DNA of 63,777 nt, counting the filler, from Rhizaria sp. SCN 62-66 (Eukaryota): assembly GCA_001724265.1 (NCBI GenBank). It is 3 parts of 3 records of this genome, joined end to end, with 100 filler letters (N's around TTAATTAATTAA, not from the genome) between each part and the next. Parts side by side here need not be neighbours in the genome. Positions count along the whole stretch, not along the records: positions 47,384 to 63,777 come from MEDY01000488.1; 2 more parts are not named here. One strand, given 5' to 3'. This document shows, in pieces, positions 63,239 through 63,777 of the stretch (position 1 is the stretch's first letter; each line of letters begins with the position of its first letter). The translations under genes and the position numbers were made by a program. The notes under the pieces are model-generated. The model had not been told where the DNA came from. It saw only the letters and a list, made by a program, of their open reading frames with translations, and ran no database searches.

Positions 63239-63743
63239 CTATGCAAGTAAGCGCTTCTTTTCGAAGGAAAGTTTCGAAACAGCCTCTCAGATACCAATGA
63301 CGCAAATTCGTTCCTGCGTATGATGGCTGTAACAACACGTTTGCAAAATCGTGATGAACATATGCAATGCATGAAGATAAACAACGCCATTTAGCAGCAA
63401 AATAGGCATTAACTCGTTATATACGTTAAGTTTTATAGTATATACACGCCATTCTATATGATTACATTATCGTGTGTCTTTCTGACGACGTTTACATATC
63501 TATCATTGAAATCAAATACTACGTAGTACGTTGATCTGCTCTTAGATCGAGCGCTTGGATTGATGGCTGTTTTTGTGACGGTTTTGACTGACAATAGTGG
63601 AATCATTTGCGTGTACATGTACCAATCATTCGGCGGAATATCATAGACTCTATGGTTAGCAATCGCCCATAAACGACAATATAGTAGTATGGGCGGGAGC
63701 GGACTATAACTCACACGAACAAAAATGAACTATCGCATAAGTC

Positions 63744-63777
63744 ATCACAACTCACACGATCACAACTCACACGATCA
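63744..63777. repeat. 15-bp tandem repeat (ATCACAACTCACACG)x2+, truncated at window end
   Basis: Two exact copies plus a partial third. A related partial copy lies at ~63708. Confidence 0.8.

Noticed and set aside
63239-63289. Possible additional read-through TAG upstream of the ARM-like ORF
   Set aside because: An in-frame TGA lies 16 codons upstream and the TAG can equally be a splice acceptor; not counted as evidence.
1-63777. CRISPR arrays, rRNA, tRNA (including a suppressor tRNA-CUA)
   Set aside because: No regularly spaced repeat-spacer structure or recognisable structural RNA seen by eye; tRNAscan-SE/Infernal would be needed to exclude them formally.

Overview
Eukaryotic (protist-like) nuclear DNA with GC-rich exons and AT-richer GT-AG introns. 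The window is three contigs joined by artificial 100-nt spacers (N44-TTAATTAATTAA-N44 at 23597-23696 and 47284-47383). Genes I can reconstruct with splice junctions: a giant hybrid histidine kinase (3' part), an ICME/PCME-type prenylcysteine methylesterase, a divergent S28 peptidase, mitochondrial-type AsnRS, a ~3800-aa USP deubiquitinase, NDUFS8, an Old Yellow Enzyme, COX19, RagA/B, the 3' end of a 2-oxoacid dehydrogenase E1, several hypothetical proteins, and an ARM-like gene with two decayed relatives. Two signals stand out. (1) Five isolated in-frame TAG codons interrupt otherwise continuous reading frames in three genes, one gene on each contig. All ~16 inferred gene ends are TAA or TGA, which points to a non-standard nuclear code with UAG as a sense codon (amino acid unresolved). 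(2) Two short DNA motifs are strongly over-represented inside coding exons, on both strands and in several frames: the 11-mer AAGTTAAGCCG (11 exact copies found by eye) and a hairpin GTCTAAG-GGG(G)TA-CTTAGAC. Splice donors are also atypical (GTACG consensus, never A at +4). All calls come from manual reading; no database searches were run.
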